A stretch of DNA of 61,050 bases, the filler included, from Circinaria calcarea (Eukaryota), in assembly GCA_051942165.1 (NCBI GenBank). It is 16 parts of 16 records of this genome, joined end to end, with 100 filler letters (N's around TTAATTAATTAA, not from the genome) between each part and the next. Parts side by side here need not be neighbours in the genome. Positions count along the whole stretch, not along the records: positions 11,506 to 15,239 come from JAVECS010002649.1; positions 15,340 to 19,072 come from JAVECS010002650.1; positions 19,173 to 22,903 come from JAVECS010002651.1; 13 more parts are not named here. One strand, written 5' to 3'. Shown here in pieces: positions 11,797 to 22,903 of the stretch (position 1 is the first letter of the stretch; every line of letters starts with the position of its first letter). The notes under the pieces were generated by a model that saw only the letters and a list, made by a program, of their open reading frames with translations, was not told the DNA's origin and made no database searches. Both the position numbers and the translations under genes were made by a program.

Positions 11797-12362
11797 AATA
11801 TGCATAGAGAATAGCGATATACTATACAACGGATATTCTTACCTGCCATAGGGGATTTGTCTGATGTGGCACTCATACCTGGAATGTAGATACATCGATC
11901 TATAAATATCGTCCCTGTCCTATTGCTGCGCCAACCTTCTTTCGTCCATTCTATCCGCCGCAATCCTTTTTACAAAGCCTAGTCTTGTACTACAACTGAT
12001 ACAATCCCATCGTTTCCTATCGATGTCTTCAGCACGATTTGGAATCTCTGATTGTGGTATATCTTCATTGGCTGAATAAATATGCAGTAACATGTTCCGG
12101 AGTGTGCATGGGCGCGTAATTGTGGCGTGCTCGCCACATCTTTACATGGTTTGTAGGATGCATTGCCATGAGCGATTCGCTGGTGAACAATCCTCCCGGT
12201 TTGCTCGTTCTTATCAATTATATTCCTGTCTGCCTGTCATACTTCGCTACATCACTTTCTTTCTACAAACGTGCTCCATTGCCTAGTCAGTCCCTTTGCC
12301 TACCTACCTGTGACAAGCTCTCGAAAGACTTGCCTTGAGCTTGATTGTGAAGTCCCTTCTGT

Positions 12363-14003
12363 ATGTCAAACACTACATGCGGGTTTCCTGGTAACTCTGA
12401 CATCTATGGCGTTGGTATCCGCATTGGTTATTATACCCAGGCTCTGGCAGCCTGGCACGCGAACTTCTTTTTTCTTCGCGAGGCCAAAGGCTTGCGTGCT
12501 GTTAATGGGTTATTCTTGTTAGCTTTGGTTATAGTCGTCCTAATTTATGCGCACAACGCCCAAGACACCCACGCTATTGAAGTTTTCCTCCTCATGCAGA
12601 TTGGATTCTGTCTTGGTTCTGTCAGCATCATGGACTCAACGAAATATAGTTCTCGATACCTTCGGCTGTCCAAAGAGAATTCGATAATAAGACTCGTCCT
12701 TTTCAACTTTGGTCTTGCATATAACTTATACTTTTGGTGGTTTGGACTCGAAATCTTGCAGGAGACGCCATGCGGAACGTACGCCTTTTATTTCGTGCGC
12801 GCTAATCTATATGGGAGTATGCGGACTGTTATGAAGGTGTTTGCGATCGCTGGCTTGGTCTGGAGAACGATTTTTACAACCTTTTGGGCTATGGGCATGG
12901 TAATTCGTCGCCACCGCTTCAAAGCGGCTAGGGCAAGTTTCGTTCGGAATACCAGTTCCGCAGAAACGGAGCAGTTTGTGCAGGTAGAGCACCAAACATC
13001 GAGCCCAGTCTTGCATACGTCAGCTCCCAAGCAAGAGTCTGACGGGACCATTGTTGCATTGGTGGCAGCTGCCCGAGACGAGGGGGATCAGCATCAAATT
13101 CAAAGCTCTACTCAACAAGCACTGCCGCCAACGATAGAAACAGACTGCAGCAGAACAGATCACGCCGCTGAAGAAGCAAATAGTCCTCCCACTGTACACC
13201 CGGACTTTCCACAAGAAAGGCTTGCGAGACCAACGATCGATATGCTGGTGAGATTCCAGAAAATCTATGAGGCAGAGCTGTTCTTGGAGAAAGTGTTTTT
13301 CATTTCTCTTGCATCCCCAATCTTGCAAGGGGAAAAGCACTCACTCCGCATTTTTGGCTACAGTGTGCAAATAACTATACCGAGATTCGGCAATCAGCAT
13401 AGCCAGAGTACGAAGTTTTTCTCCAGTATGACACGTACAGCACGGGCCACCTGGGCCGACGACAAGAACACACGATACATCCGAGAGACCCTGTCCGTTC
13501 ATAGCAAAGCAACAGAATCACAAATCTATCGGTGGCCATTCATAGTCAGCCGCATGCTCGAGCTCAAAGCTACAAGTGCACTTCCAGACTGGCGCGCGGT
13601 TGCCATCGCCTCTGATATACAGCTTTCGCAAATGCCCCTGACTATCTCCACCCGCGTTTGGGTCTACATGGCAGTCCAGAGCTTCCTGATTATAGCGATT
13701 CTCATCGTTCAGATTGAATTGACAACTATTTGGAATTCCATAGACGGCATACAAAACTTGAACACGGTAGGAGAGTTGGTTCCATTTATACTGGGAGTTG
13801 GAGGGCTTGTAAAGGTCGTCTGGGGTAAGTGGTGTGAGCTTAGAAAGGGGGTGAAGGAGGACGACGAGCTGGAGAGGAGGCAGCTGACAGAGTATGAGAT
13901 GGCAATGCAGAAATATTTGGGCTGGAAGAAAGGAAAAGTCGATCAAGCACAAGCAGAGGAGGTATCCAGATTAGAAGCCGTCGTCACTTCCACAGCGACT
14001 TAA
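12363..14003 (+). CDS. Uncharacterised fungal multi-pass membrane protein, 546 aa
   Basis: Single long ORF with N-terminal GNSDIYGVGIRIGYYTQ, about 6 N-terminal TMs, a large loop, and a C-terminal IELTTIWNSIDG...GELVPFILGVG TM pair. Confidence 0.8.
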   Translation: MSNTTCGFPGNSDIYGVGIRIGYYTQALAAWHANFFFLREAKGLRAVNGLFLLALVIVVLIYAHNAQDTHAIEVFLLMQIGFCLGSVSIMDSTKYSSRYLRLSKENSIIRLVLFNFGLAYNLYFWWFGLEILQETPCGTYAFYFVRANLYGSMRTVMKVFAIAGLVWRTIFTTFWAMGMVIRRHRFKAARASFVRNTSSAETEQFVQVEHQTSSPVLHTSAPKQESDGTIVALVAAARDEGDQHQIQSSTQQALPPTIETDCSRTDHAAEEANSPPTVHPDFPQERLARPTIDMLVRFQKIYEAELFLEKVFFISLASPILQGEKHSLRIFGYSVQITIPRFGNQHSQSTKFFSSMTRTARATWADDKNTRYIRETLSVHSKATESQIYRWPFIVSRMLELKATSALPDWRAVAIASDIQLSQMPLTISTRVWVYMAVQSFLIIAILIVQIELTTIWNSIDGIQNLNTVGELVPFILGVGGLVKVVWGKWCELRKGVKEDDELERRQLTEYEMAMQKYLGWKKGKVDQAQAEEVSRLEAVVTSTAT

Positions 14004-14586
14004 TCCATTTCAATTCTCATGTCCCATGCTCAGGCTCCTCCAGAAGAAAGCAAACCGTTGCAATCAATCACCATTAAGACATTGTCGCCAGCCGGGATTG
14101 AAGGTCAACAAACCGGGGTACATCAACGGGCGAGCAATGTCAAATCAAGATCAAATAACTATTTATATCAACCAATCATCGTGCTCCTTAGGTCCTGGAC
14201 GCGCAATGTCCCGCAAGGCTGAGGAGGCGCCCCCTCCGTTTCAAGGATTCGTCCAAGTTTCCCGTGTGGCGTGCCAAGGAAATACTGCGTAGCCGTCCGA
14301 TCATCTCTACTATACATATTAATCCACCTGAGGCCTTTCGATACTCTCCCTTTCCTGTTCTTTAGTTCACCTGTCGGACTGTACATATCTCTCTATTATA
14401 TCGAGTTCTATATAAAGTCTTAGTAAGTACTTCCTATCCCCCAATACTCTCAACCTACTCAAAGAAGCCGGACTGACGGGCCTCCCCTCCTTTAGACTCC
14501 TTTAACGATTGCGAGGTGCATCTATACCTATAAGAGCCCTTTGATTATATCACTTCGCCCACTCACACAAGCCGTACAACGCAATC

Positions 14587-14757
14587 ATGTGTTCCACCAC
14601 GATTTCCACCCCAATCAATAACGTCCTCCCCACCTCTTCTTCCTCCTCCATCACCAGCATAGGCAAGCCAGCCGGTACCGAACCGGGAAGGACCAAGTGT
14701 ATTGAGTGCGATGGATATGAATGTTGCTGTATTCCGATTCCGTGCACCATTATGTAA
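14587..14757 (+). CDS. 56-aa Cys-rich peptide ending in a CaaX box (CTIM)
   Basis: MCSTTISTPINNVLPTSSSSSITSIGKPAGTEPGRTKCIECDGYECCCIPIPCTIM*. Good start context (gcaatcATG), an in-frame upstream stop, and a candidate 5'UTR intron at 14423-14495. Confidence 0.7.
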   Translation: MCSTTISTPINNVLPTSSSSSITSIGKPAGTEPGRTKCIECDGYECCCIPIPCTIM

Positions 14758-15403
14758 ATGAATTGGGATGAGAGTTAAGATGATGGGATGGGAGTTAGAA
14801 ATGATGGGATGAGAATCGAGATGATGGGATCGCTTGAGTGGATAGAGGATGGGATGATGGGTTGTAAGCTTGGCATATTGATGGATGGGGGAGGGGGTTT
14901 AGAGGCAGAGAACGGTACTGAAGGGTAAGCATGAAGAGGGGAGGACTGGGAGAGTGGATGCTTATTATGATTTACGACCTTTCTCTTCCCTTGCCCAATT
15001 TATACAATCATTACTCTCATCCGTTTATTCTCTTCACTGCTACTCTACCACCGTTCGATTGTTCACATGCAGTAGCAAAACCCGACGTTTTTTGTTTGAA
15101 AACGTTGTGTAATTCCTAGGACCCGGAATATCCTCAATGCAAGACCTGCACTCAACATCCAAATTTCCCCCCATCCCAGCAGGTCCAACGAAAGCTCAAA
15201 CATATATGCATTTCTCCCTCCTCCCTTCCTCCCTTATAGNNNNNNNNNNNNNNNNNNNNNNNNNNNNNNNNNNNNNNNNNNNNTTAATTAATTAANNNNN
15301 NNNNNNNNNNNNNNNNNNNNNNNNNNNNNNNNNNNNNNNCCCACTTCTTAGCCTCCACCCACTTTCCCCCCCCTCAAAACTTCCCTCTGAACTCCCCAAA
15401 ACC

Positions 15404-16474
15404 CTACCGAATCTTATCGATCCTCTTCCGCGCCACATTAATCTTCCCCTCCACCCTCGTCACATCCTCATCCAGCATCCCCAGCATCTGATTCTGCACC
15501 ACCAGTTCCTCCTGGATCGCCACACCCAACTCCTTCTGCCGCGTCACCGCCTGCAGCAGCGCTCGCACGTCCTCGTCTTGCTCTTCCATCATCTGCTGCT
15601 GCAGCTGCAGCACCCCCTGGTTGTCCAGCTCCCTGGTCCGTTTTGTTTCTTTGCCGAGGACGCGGCCAGGCTTGGCGGTGCCGGGGTGGGCATGGGAGGA
15701 AGGGGAGGTGATGAGGGCTTTTTTGTCCTCGACGGTGGCGTCGACGCGAGATTTGGCGACCATGGCATTGAGTAAGGATTCCAGCGTGTCTTTTTCTTTG
15801 CGGGCGCTGGCAACGAGGTCCCGCCGGCGACGGACTTCACCCTCGCCAAGCTTTTCGCTGCCCCAGTCGTCTTGGCTCTTGAGGCCTTGGTCGAGGGAGG
15901 CGATCATGGTGCCGGCTTTGACCAGGCATTTCTTTGCCTGCGCGCCGCTTTCATGTTGGGCTTGGGCGTTGGAGGCTTGGTCGCGTTGGGTGAGGTGTAG
16001 GCGGGCATTATGGAGTTGAACCTTAAGATCGCGGTGGCAGTCTAGCCAGACGACTGGGTCGGTGACAGGACCGTTGTTGGAGATGGCGCTGTGGAGGGTG
16101 GATGCGACGCTGGATTTGGAGCTGAGGTTGCTGGGGAGGTTGAGGAAGGTTCGCCAGGCACTTGTGTCTCGCCATCGCGCGTCATCTATCTCGTTGATAG
16201 TTTTGAGGTAGGCTTCCAGGCCTTTCCGACGCTGTTCGGTGAGTTCGGGGTTGTGAGTTGTGCTGGAGAACCAAGATTTGGCGGGGATGGAGGCGGGTGG
16301 AGGTGCGCCAGCTTGTGCGGTAAGAGCGCTGTGGAGGGTGGTGCAGTCGGAGTAACGCTTCTGAATGGTAAATGAGCGGAGGGGGAGACGGAGACTGATG
16401 TTGTAGACGGTGTAGGGTTTAGGTGTCGAGGAGAGCTGTGCGCTGGGGATGGAAATCTCCACCGCGGGCGCCAT
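15404..16474 (-). CDS. VAM7: Vacuolar Qc-SNARE with PX domain
   Basis: N-terminal PX domain (YTVYNI...IQKRYSD...EQRRKGLEAYL) and a C-terminal SNARE helix (ETKRTRELDNQGVLQLQQQMMEEQD...QNQML), with no TM segment. Confidence 0.93.
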   Translation of the reverse strand: MAPAVEISIPSAQLSSTPKPYTVYNISLRLPLRSFTIQKRYSDCTTLHSALTAQAGAPPPASIPAKSWFSSTTHNPELTEQRRKGLEAYLKTINEIDDARWRDTSAWRTFLNLPSNLSSKSSVASTLHSAISNNGPVTDPVVWLDCHRDLKVQLHNARLHLTQRDQASNAQAQHESGAQAKKCLVKAGTMIASLDQGLKSQDDWGSEKLGEGEVRRRRDLVASARKEKDTLESLLNAMVAKSRVDATVEDKKALITSPSSHAHPGTAKPGRVLGKETKRTRELDNQGVLQLQQQMMEEQDEDVRALLQAVTRQKELGVAIQEELVVQNQMLGMLDEDVTRVEGKINVARKRIDKIR

Positions 16475-17248
16475 GTTCGAGAGAGTTCAGGAGTTACTTA
16501 ATGGGGCTATCAGTCAATCTAATAATACAAAGGTTGTGTATCCAGACAATGGGGAAAATGTGGGTGATGTAGCTATTCATTCTATCCCCGAAATACCCTA
16601 TAAGGGTCGTGGGGTCCAAGCTTGGAAGGTTTCCTCGAATCCTAAATAACACGATGCAATACGTCACACGCCCGAAATCCGGGGATGTCCCATTTCGTGG
16701 GTTTAGGTCACGTCTCAAAGTCATAGATTCGCCAACTGATCCCCTCTTCCGATCATAAATTATCTCAAAGCTGACAGGTCTTGCGGCGTATGTGATTCAA
16801 AATAAACGTCTCACATAAGGCCTATTGCATCCCGAATTCAATTTCACATCGAGTTGTTGGACAATGTAGTCACAGACCCTAACACTGAGCTCTGCGGAGA
16901 TGGTAACTGTGGTACCACTTTTAACGGAAGGTCTGATACCGTCCATGTATACTTATCCGGCAGCGACGCCCATGGACTTGCCTTATGGGAACTAAAGCGC
17001 TTGTGGATAAGTGAAGGGAAGAGCTCCACCTTCTCCTATTTCTTTACCATGAGCGCTCCCGTGCTGGTTGCTCTTGCTTGAAAATTACATGGTTCGGAGG
17101 CAGGCGCCGACTACTTGGTTTGTTAGATAGACCCGTTCATTGTCTATTTGTTTTTTTTTGGCACTATTTCCCTTCCTTTTCCATTACTATATGCAAACAT
17201 GTTTGTATACCGCAGTCCCAGCTACGCAATTGTCCTCATTCCTTCAGG

Positions 17249-18022
17249 TCAGTAAATCCCGGGAATAAACCTCGCTGTCCTCCGACTCCATCTCTCCCAC
17301 TCCCCCGGAAACTCCCTCTTCAACATGACCTCCTCGTCCCTCACCCTGGGCGGAATCACCCATCCCAAGAATACAGCCCAACCCGTACAATGAAGCGCCG
17401 CAACCACACTAGCCCATTGAGTTACTCTCTGCGGTAACCAACATCCCAGCACCCCATCCAGCCTCGTCAGGGACGCATGTAGCGTAAACCAAACAATCAG
17501 GACAGCCGGGTACGACGGATGCTGCGCATACGCATACGGACCCGTCGTCACCAGATGCGAGGGCCGGTTCAACTGGTAGACAAAGTTTTTGCCCAGGGCG
17601 CGATAGGTCCAGAGGCGGATATTCCCAAAAGTGCTCAGGAGGGTAAACGCGACGATGGATGGGAGGCTCCAGGTGAAAAGGGCCGGATTGAGGTTTTGGG
17701 AATTGGGACACAAGTACGCCGGGGGATGGGGCCCGGAGAGGACGATGAGAGAGTGGAGGATGCCGAGGAGAGGGATGCTATACTTGAGGCCGATGGAAAC
17801 GAGGTCGAAGGCGGGCGACTTCCACCTGTCAACATCGCTGGGGTCGGGGACATCGGGGTTGGGCCTTTGAAAAGCCCGGTTGGTGATGTAGACGGAGTAG
17901 AGAGTTGTTGCCGCGAGGAGGAGCGTTGCAGGGTCGAGACGCGGGCGGAAATCCATTTCGGCCGAAGGACCGTCAAATGTTTTATCCCTTCGGTAATCGA
18001 ATTCGGGGATGACAATCATCAT
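17249..18022 (-). CDS. Isoprenylcysteine carboxyl methyltransferase / PEMT-family membrane methyltransferase
   Basis: RLWTYRALGKNF...HLVTTGPYAYAQHPSY and RVRDEEVMLKREF.GEW..W...T.RFIPGIY motifs. Confidence 0.85.
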   Translation of the reverse strand: MMIVIPEFDYRRDKTFDGPSAEMDFRPRLDPATLLLAATTLYSVYITNRAFQRPNPDVPDPSDVDRWKSPAFDLVSIGLKYSIPLLGILHSLIVLSGPHPPAYLCPNSQNLNPALFTWSLPSIVAFTLLSTFGNIRLWTYRALGKNFVYQLNRPSHLVTTGPYAYAQHPSYPAVLIVWFTLHASLTRLDGVLGCWLPQRVTQWASVVAALHCTGWAVFLGWVIPPRVRDEEVMLKREFPGEWERWSRRTARFIPGIY

Positions 18023-18309
18023 ATATCTCCCATCTCCTGTATAGTTGCGTCATATTTGCGTGGTCGGTTGGCTTCCTGGCCAATTGATCACGAGTCAAAG
18101 GACAATCGGAGGGGCTTTGCAGCACGACTTGACCTGGCTCCAGTCTGCCTTCGTAAAACTGGAATTATCTATCTGCTTAGCAAAAGTAGTGGATTAAACC
18201 GGTCTTGGTCCTGGTATAGCATTATTCATCAGACACTATAGACTAGATACTACTTCATCCCCATGTCCAATCCGGGTTTCATAAGTCGTAATTCCCTTCT
18301 AATGCATTT

Positions 18310-19072
18310 CTAAGCACTCACGCTGCAATGGCAATGCCCGATAGCTTCGTCATCCTTGTTCGATGCTTTTAGCGATTCGTAGTCCACCACCGTCTCCTGT
18401 GCAACATGTATGCCGTTCTTTTCTCCCCCTTTGCTATCGGGATTGTTCTTCCGGGAACGCTCCTCGATGATATGTTCCGCACTGCTGGAAATCGTTAGAG
18501 GATTTGCCGTTCGAGGCTTTCGCGATATTCTGACAAAATCCTTGAGCGGCGTTCCGTTACCGGTGCTGGCAGAGCTCAATGATGGAAAGCTCCGGCTGAG
18601 ATGATTAATCGAACGAGTGAGAAGTGGTTGGATCATGGGGATGTTGCCGATGGCGACGGCTACGAAGGTTTCACGGACCGCCCAGCTTCCGGATTGTTGA
18701 GCACCGTTGGCTCCGGCCTGTAGATGGGGGCATGTTAATGAGATATTCCCTACACGAGCGTAAAATAGGGGAGACGGGGGGCTAACTGACAGTCAAAATT
18801 AGAACGCAACGGAGGATTCCAGCCATAACGACGAAGATCCCTCCGCTAAACATAATCAGTAGCCAAGTTTTCTTCTTTAATGGGATTTGGGCTTTCCAGA
18901 ACAGCTACATGGTTGAAATGTCAGCTACAGTCGCCTAAATCTGTTTCCCAGGTAGAGACAACAATCTTCGGCTTTACTTACGGGCAGTGGGATGGACATG
19001 AGATACAGGTCCGTGACCACATTCAACACCACCGTGAAGAATAGATCATATCTTGATATGGCTGGCTGGCAA
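18310..19072 (-). CDS. PTH11-like (fungal rhodopsin-domain) integral membrane protein (5' truncated)
   Basis: CQPAIS...VLNVVTDLYLMSIPLP | LFWKAQIPLKKK...MFSGGIFVVMAGILRCVLIL | ...SWAVRETFVAVAIGNIPMIQPL, with two introns. Confidence 0.88.
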
Positions 19073-19172
19073 NNNNNNNNNNNNNNNNNNNNNNNNNNNN
19101 NNNNNNNNNNNNNNNNTTAATTAATTAANNNNNNNNNNNNNNNNNNNNNNNNNNNNNNNNNNNNNNNNNNNN

Positions 19173-19405
19173 AATTAAATTTAATAAAATAAAAAAAAAT
19201 AAAAAATTAAATTTAATAAAATAAAAAATTAAATTTAATAAAATAAAATAAAATAAAAAATTAAATTTAATCGAGCGAAAAATTAAATTTTTTTAAATTA
19301 ATTTCGAAACCAAAATAAGAATACCGTAGAATTTTAATTCGGTTCGGAAAATCTCCCGCCGAAATTAAATTTTTTTATTTCGTTTTATTTCGTTTCAGGG
19401 CATTA
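19173..19405. mobile_element. AT-rich, probably RIP-degraded transposon end with subterminal repeats
   Basis: Very AT-rich, with repeated AAATTAAATTTAATAAAATAAAA units and TTTCGTTTTATTTCGTTTC repeats, ending abruptly at the return to normal GC content. Confidence 0.4.
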
Positions 19406-20725
19406 ATAAGGCCTGGGATAACTACGAGTTCAAGATTATATATTTAATCCGTGATCTCGAAGTCCACACCGTGGATATTAGATCCCGGTGGCAATGAAGA
19501 GCTAGTAAACTGGGATATATGCTTTACGAATTTTTATCCTCTATACTAGTCCTAAGCCTGTACATGAAAGAAGAGTTGTATCCCCAAATCATTCTTGAGT
19601 ATATGACCTGTATGTCCTTAGCCACCCTCTTTCCACCTCCGAGCCACTTGCTCCATTGATCACTTCTGCTATACTATTCATCATTATGTCCCCTGCAACC
19701 ACAAACCTCAAAAACCACCCACTCCTCCTATATATGTGTTGTGTCTCAGCTATATAGCTGTAAGAACATCCACCCTTCCCTTTTTATCCAATCTCGGATC
19801 AAACATTCCTCGGAATCATCCCCCGGAGATTTACCCAGCATAACCCCCTCCCCAAAAAACACCCGCACGCCCCAAACACAAAAGAGAATTCGTGCAATAT
19901 CCTTGCCCCCTTCCCTCTCCCCATCTACCACCCCTTCCAACTCCTTTCCCTTTCCTTCTCCCTTTCCCTTCCCTACCTACACTTCCATTCCTCCCCCCCC
20001 CTAAATCTTTCGGCACTATACATTACCAGGGCAGGGCAGCACCAGTCCTCACCCCGCTACCAAACTTGCTCTTGAACCACACGGGCAGGGTAGGACGGGT
20101 GGAAATTTTCTTTGGGTTGGGAAGAGAGGGGAGGGAGGTAGGGAAAGGTGGAGAGAGGTAGGGAAAGGGGGGAGAAAGAACGGATAGGATAGGATGCAAT
20201 GGGCATGGATGGGTATGGAAGGAGGGAAGAGAGAAGGGAAAAACGGGATTAAAATTTCAGTTAGGGATCTGGGGAGGTTGAGGTGAGGTGAGGTAAGGGA
20301 ATTTCCAAAAAGAAGATCTGATCCGATTCGGGCGGCCTTTTTCCGCGTATGTGTGGTTTTTGGAGGTGGTTGAGAATTTAGGTGCTCGGTCTCAGTATTG
20401 CATGCTAAAAGTCCTCAAAGAACCCGATGGGAAGAGTAAACGGAAGGATGTTTTGGTTTCTTGGTGGTATGCCTAGCTCTGAAACTCCCCACGTTTCCCA
20501 TGTATCAACCCCAGGTATTCCCTGGAGTCAGGCGGTATCCGTTTTCCCGAATGTAAGAAGGATATAAGATGGATATGTACAAAACCCCCCCTCCCCCAAA
20601 TATAAAACCAAGACTCCGCACATCAGTTTCGTGAGCCGTCCTCGAAGGGGTTTCGAAAGTGTGCCCCTCGAATTCAAAAATTCCTCCCGGCTTAACACCC
20701 AAAACCCCAAAACCAACCGGTACGC

Positions 20726-21449
20726 TTACTGTCCCGACCAAAACCAATACTCGGATGCATACGGCACTTGAAACGTCGACCCCATGCCCGCACAGGTTGC
20801 CGGCGCACTCCCGCCCACGGTCTGCATCCGGTAAATCTCATGGACAGTCCCAACGCTCCCCGTCGTCTGGTAACCAAGCTTCAACCATGGAACAGCCCCC
20901 GCCGTCAGGGAAGGCACAGCAGCAACTTTCTTGGCGAGGGTGAAGCCGACACCGACAGGACTCATGTCGAAGGCGGCGGTAGTGCCGTCGACGAAGTAGT
21001 GGCTGCCGGACTGTAAAATGCCGGCTGGGACGGAGTCGAGCGTTAGGGCCGTGGCGGGTAGGGTAGCGAGGACGGCGGCGTTGTAGGCTGCGATGCAGGA
21101 GACATTGTAAAGGTAAGCAACCGCACCGACGGGGGCTGGAGTGGCAGAGGGGCTCGAGCATGTGTAATTCTATTTACCGATCAGCCAGTGCTCTAATCCT
21201 AGGGATTTGTCGCGATCAACTTACTTGAGTGCCGCGCCCTATCGCAACGTGGGAGAGATGAAGGCCGGGGGAGACGGGCGGTAAGTCACTCGATGCGGTA
21301 GGCATGGTTGCCGATGCCAAATCGCAAGAGGCGACATTGGGGATCTTGTTGGACTTCGCGGCATACAAACGTAAAGGAAAATCCATTGGTACTGCTGCAG
21401 CAAAGGCGAGGTTGCTGAGCGCCGAAGCGGCCATTAGGTAGGACCACAT
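20726..21449 (-). CDS. Secreted DUF3455-family protein
   Basis: Signal peptide, VAIGRGTQ | NYTC (intron 21170-21224), GAVAYLYN, GSHYF, AVPWLKL, EIYRMQTVGGSAPATC and VPYASEYWFW. Confidence 0.88.
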
Positions 21450-22671
21450 GGCGGAGGGTGGCAGTGTCGGCACGAGAGTTGAGGGCGGGTTGGCGATATC
21501 AGAGTATGGAAGTTACTGGCACAATGGAGGATAATGGGGAGGGTGGAACTGGACGATGGCGAGGACGGTGAGGCAGAGCACGACCAAGTAGAATCCCCGA
21601 AGCACCTGCACAATGGCAGATGGAGGGCGGCCATGGCCCTCGTCTAATATACGTCTCGCATTCTGCAGACATCAATGACTATGCGCACGCAGCTTCTGCT
21701 TTCCGCGTGTCGATCAACGGTCCGGCGGTACTGAATCTAAAAACAAAACGCGGGACACCCCCCTCATCGTTGGCTAGCCCGAGTCCAATCCCACGATTGG
21801 TTCCCGAAATCTCAAAAGGGAGCGGCTCCTTTCTCGGATCCATGACGCTTCCCGATAACCCCACGCTTTGATTCGTTGTTGATGCGGGAGAGCTAAATGA
21901 TCATGGCGCCTCCCCGGCCAAGCGTTGTCGACAAGGCCATGTTGTCGCTTCTGGAAGCAGGCCACTGGTGGACCCTTACCTTAGGCATGATGGAGATAAG
22001 CCAGAGTGCTGGTGGTATTCGCGAGTTGCCTGCCCAGTCCGACAGCTGGAGCATAATGGTGACTGCACACGATAACAATCGAGTGGATTCAGAACGTGCA
22101 CTCGCGTTGGAAACATCAAGATTGATTGGGATTTGTACCATGGGATTTGGAATGGCGTCTTGGCACCCCAACCTTAAATAATAATACACGACCACAGTAC
22201 GGAATAAGGTATGCAGCTAATTAAGCGTCAGGGTTGGACTGTCCGCGTGGAGGCCTGGACTGGCGAAGCGGGATCCACTCTGGCGCTTGCGGCCTTCTCG
22301 AGCTTTCAGTAATGATGGATAATGCAGCCAAATTGCTCCTCTTCCAGTCTATTTTCAGACCTTCGGGTGGTTAACGAGGTAAGTATAGTCCAAGCATGGG
22401 CCAAGGAATCGCCGTCAAGTGTCCCAATGCTGCTAGTCGCGCGATTGCGATATAATTATAGCACCATCCAGCTCAACAGCCCGGAGACATATCCCCAGAG
22501 CGGAAACTGCAAAGGTACGCGATCCAATCGTAGCAAGTGTGCATCAAAGCGACCGAAGGGAGGCTAAACCGGATATGCTTCGAAAGGTAATGCAGTTTGA
22601 TGGAACCAGTGGGGTATCAAAGGACGTCTCGGTGTCCGCGCTCAATTAATTGCAATGCATAGAGTCCACTT

Positions 22672-22903
22672 CTAATCAGGACGACCGCCTTGCAAGCTTT
22701 CCCGATGCCATTCTCCATGATGTGCATCAGATCCGGAAGTGTCTCGGAGGGCGCCACCGACGGCTTGGACAGTGTCGCTCAGGTTGCTTGCATGCTTTTG
22801 GACGTCCACCGTTTGCATCCAGTAGAGCATGACGAAGATCAAAACATGGAGCGCCACACAATACGCGGCAAACAGGTTTCTGCTCGTGCGGTTCGCCAAG
22901 ACG
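22672..22903 (-). CDS. COY1: Golgin CASP/Coy1, C-terminal TM region (5' truncated)
   Basis: VLANRTSRNLFAAYCVALHVLIFVMLY, with the conserved Y...H in the TM segment of CASP. Confidence 0.8.

Noticed and set aside
14587..18022. CaaX peptide plus ICMT methyltransferase as a linked pheromone-processing cluster
   Set aside because: They are on different contigs, separated by the artificial spacer at 15240-15339.
17519..18241. 240-aa plus-strand ORF and similar long antisense ORFs (e.g. over VAM7, the P450 and the ETS)
   Set aside because: Shadow frames of GC-rich genes or of rDNA spacer, with no motif support.
20250..20270. Telomerase RNA template (CCCTAACTGA on the minus strand)
   Set aside because: Only a single CCCTAAC is present, without the 1.5-repeat template, and no recognisable pseudoknot. 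This is expected by chance.
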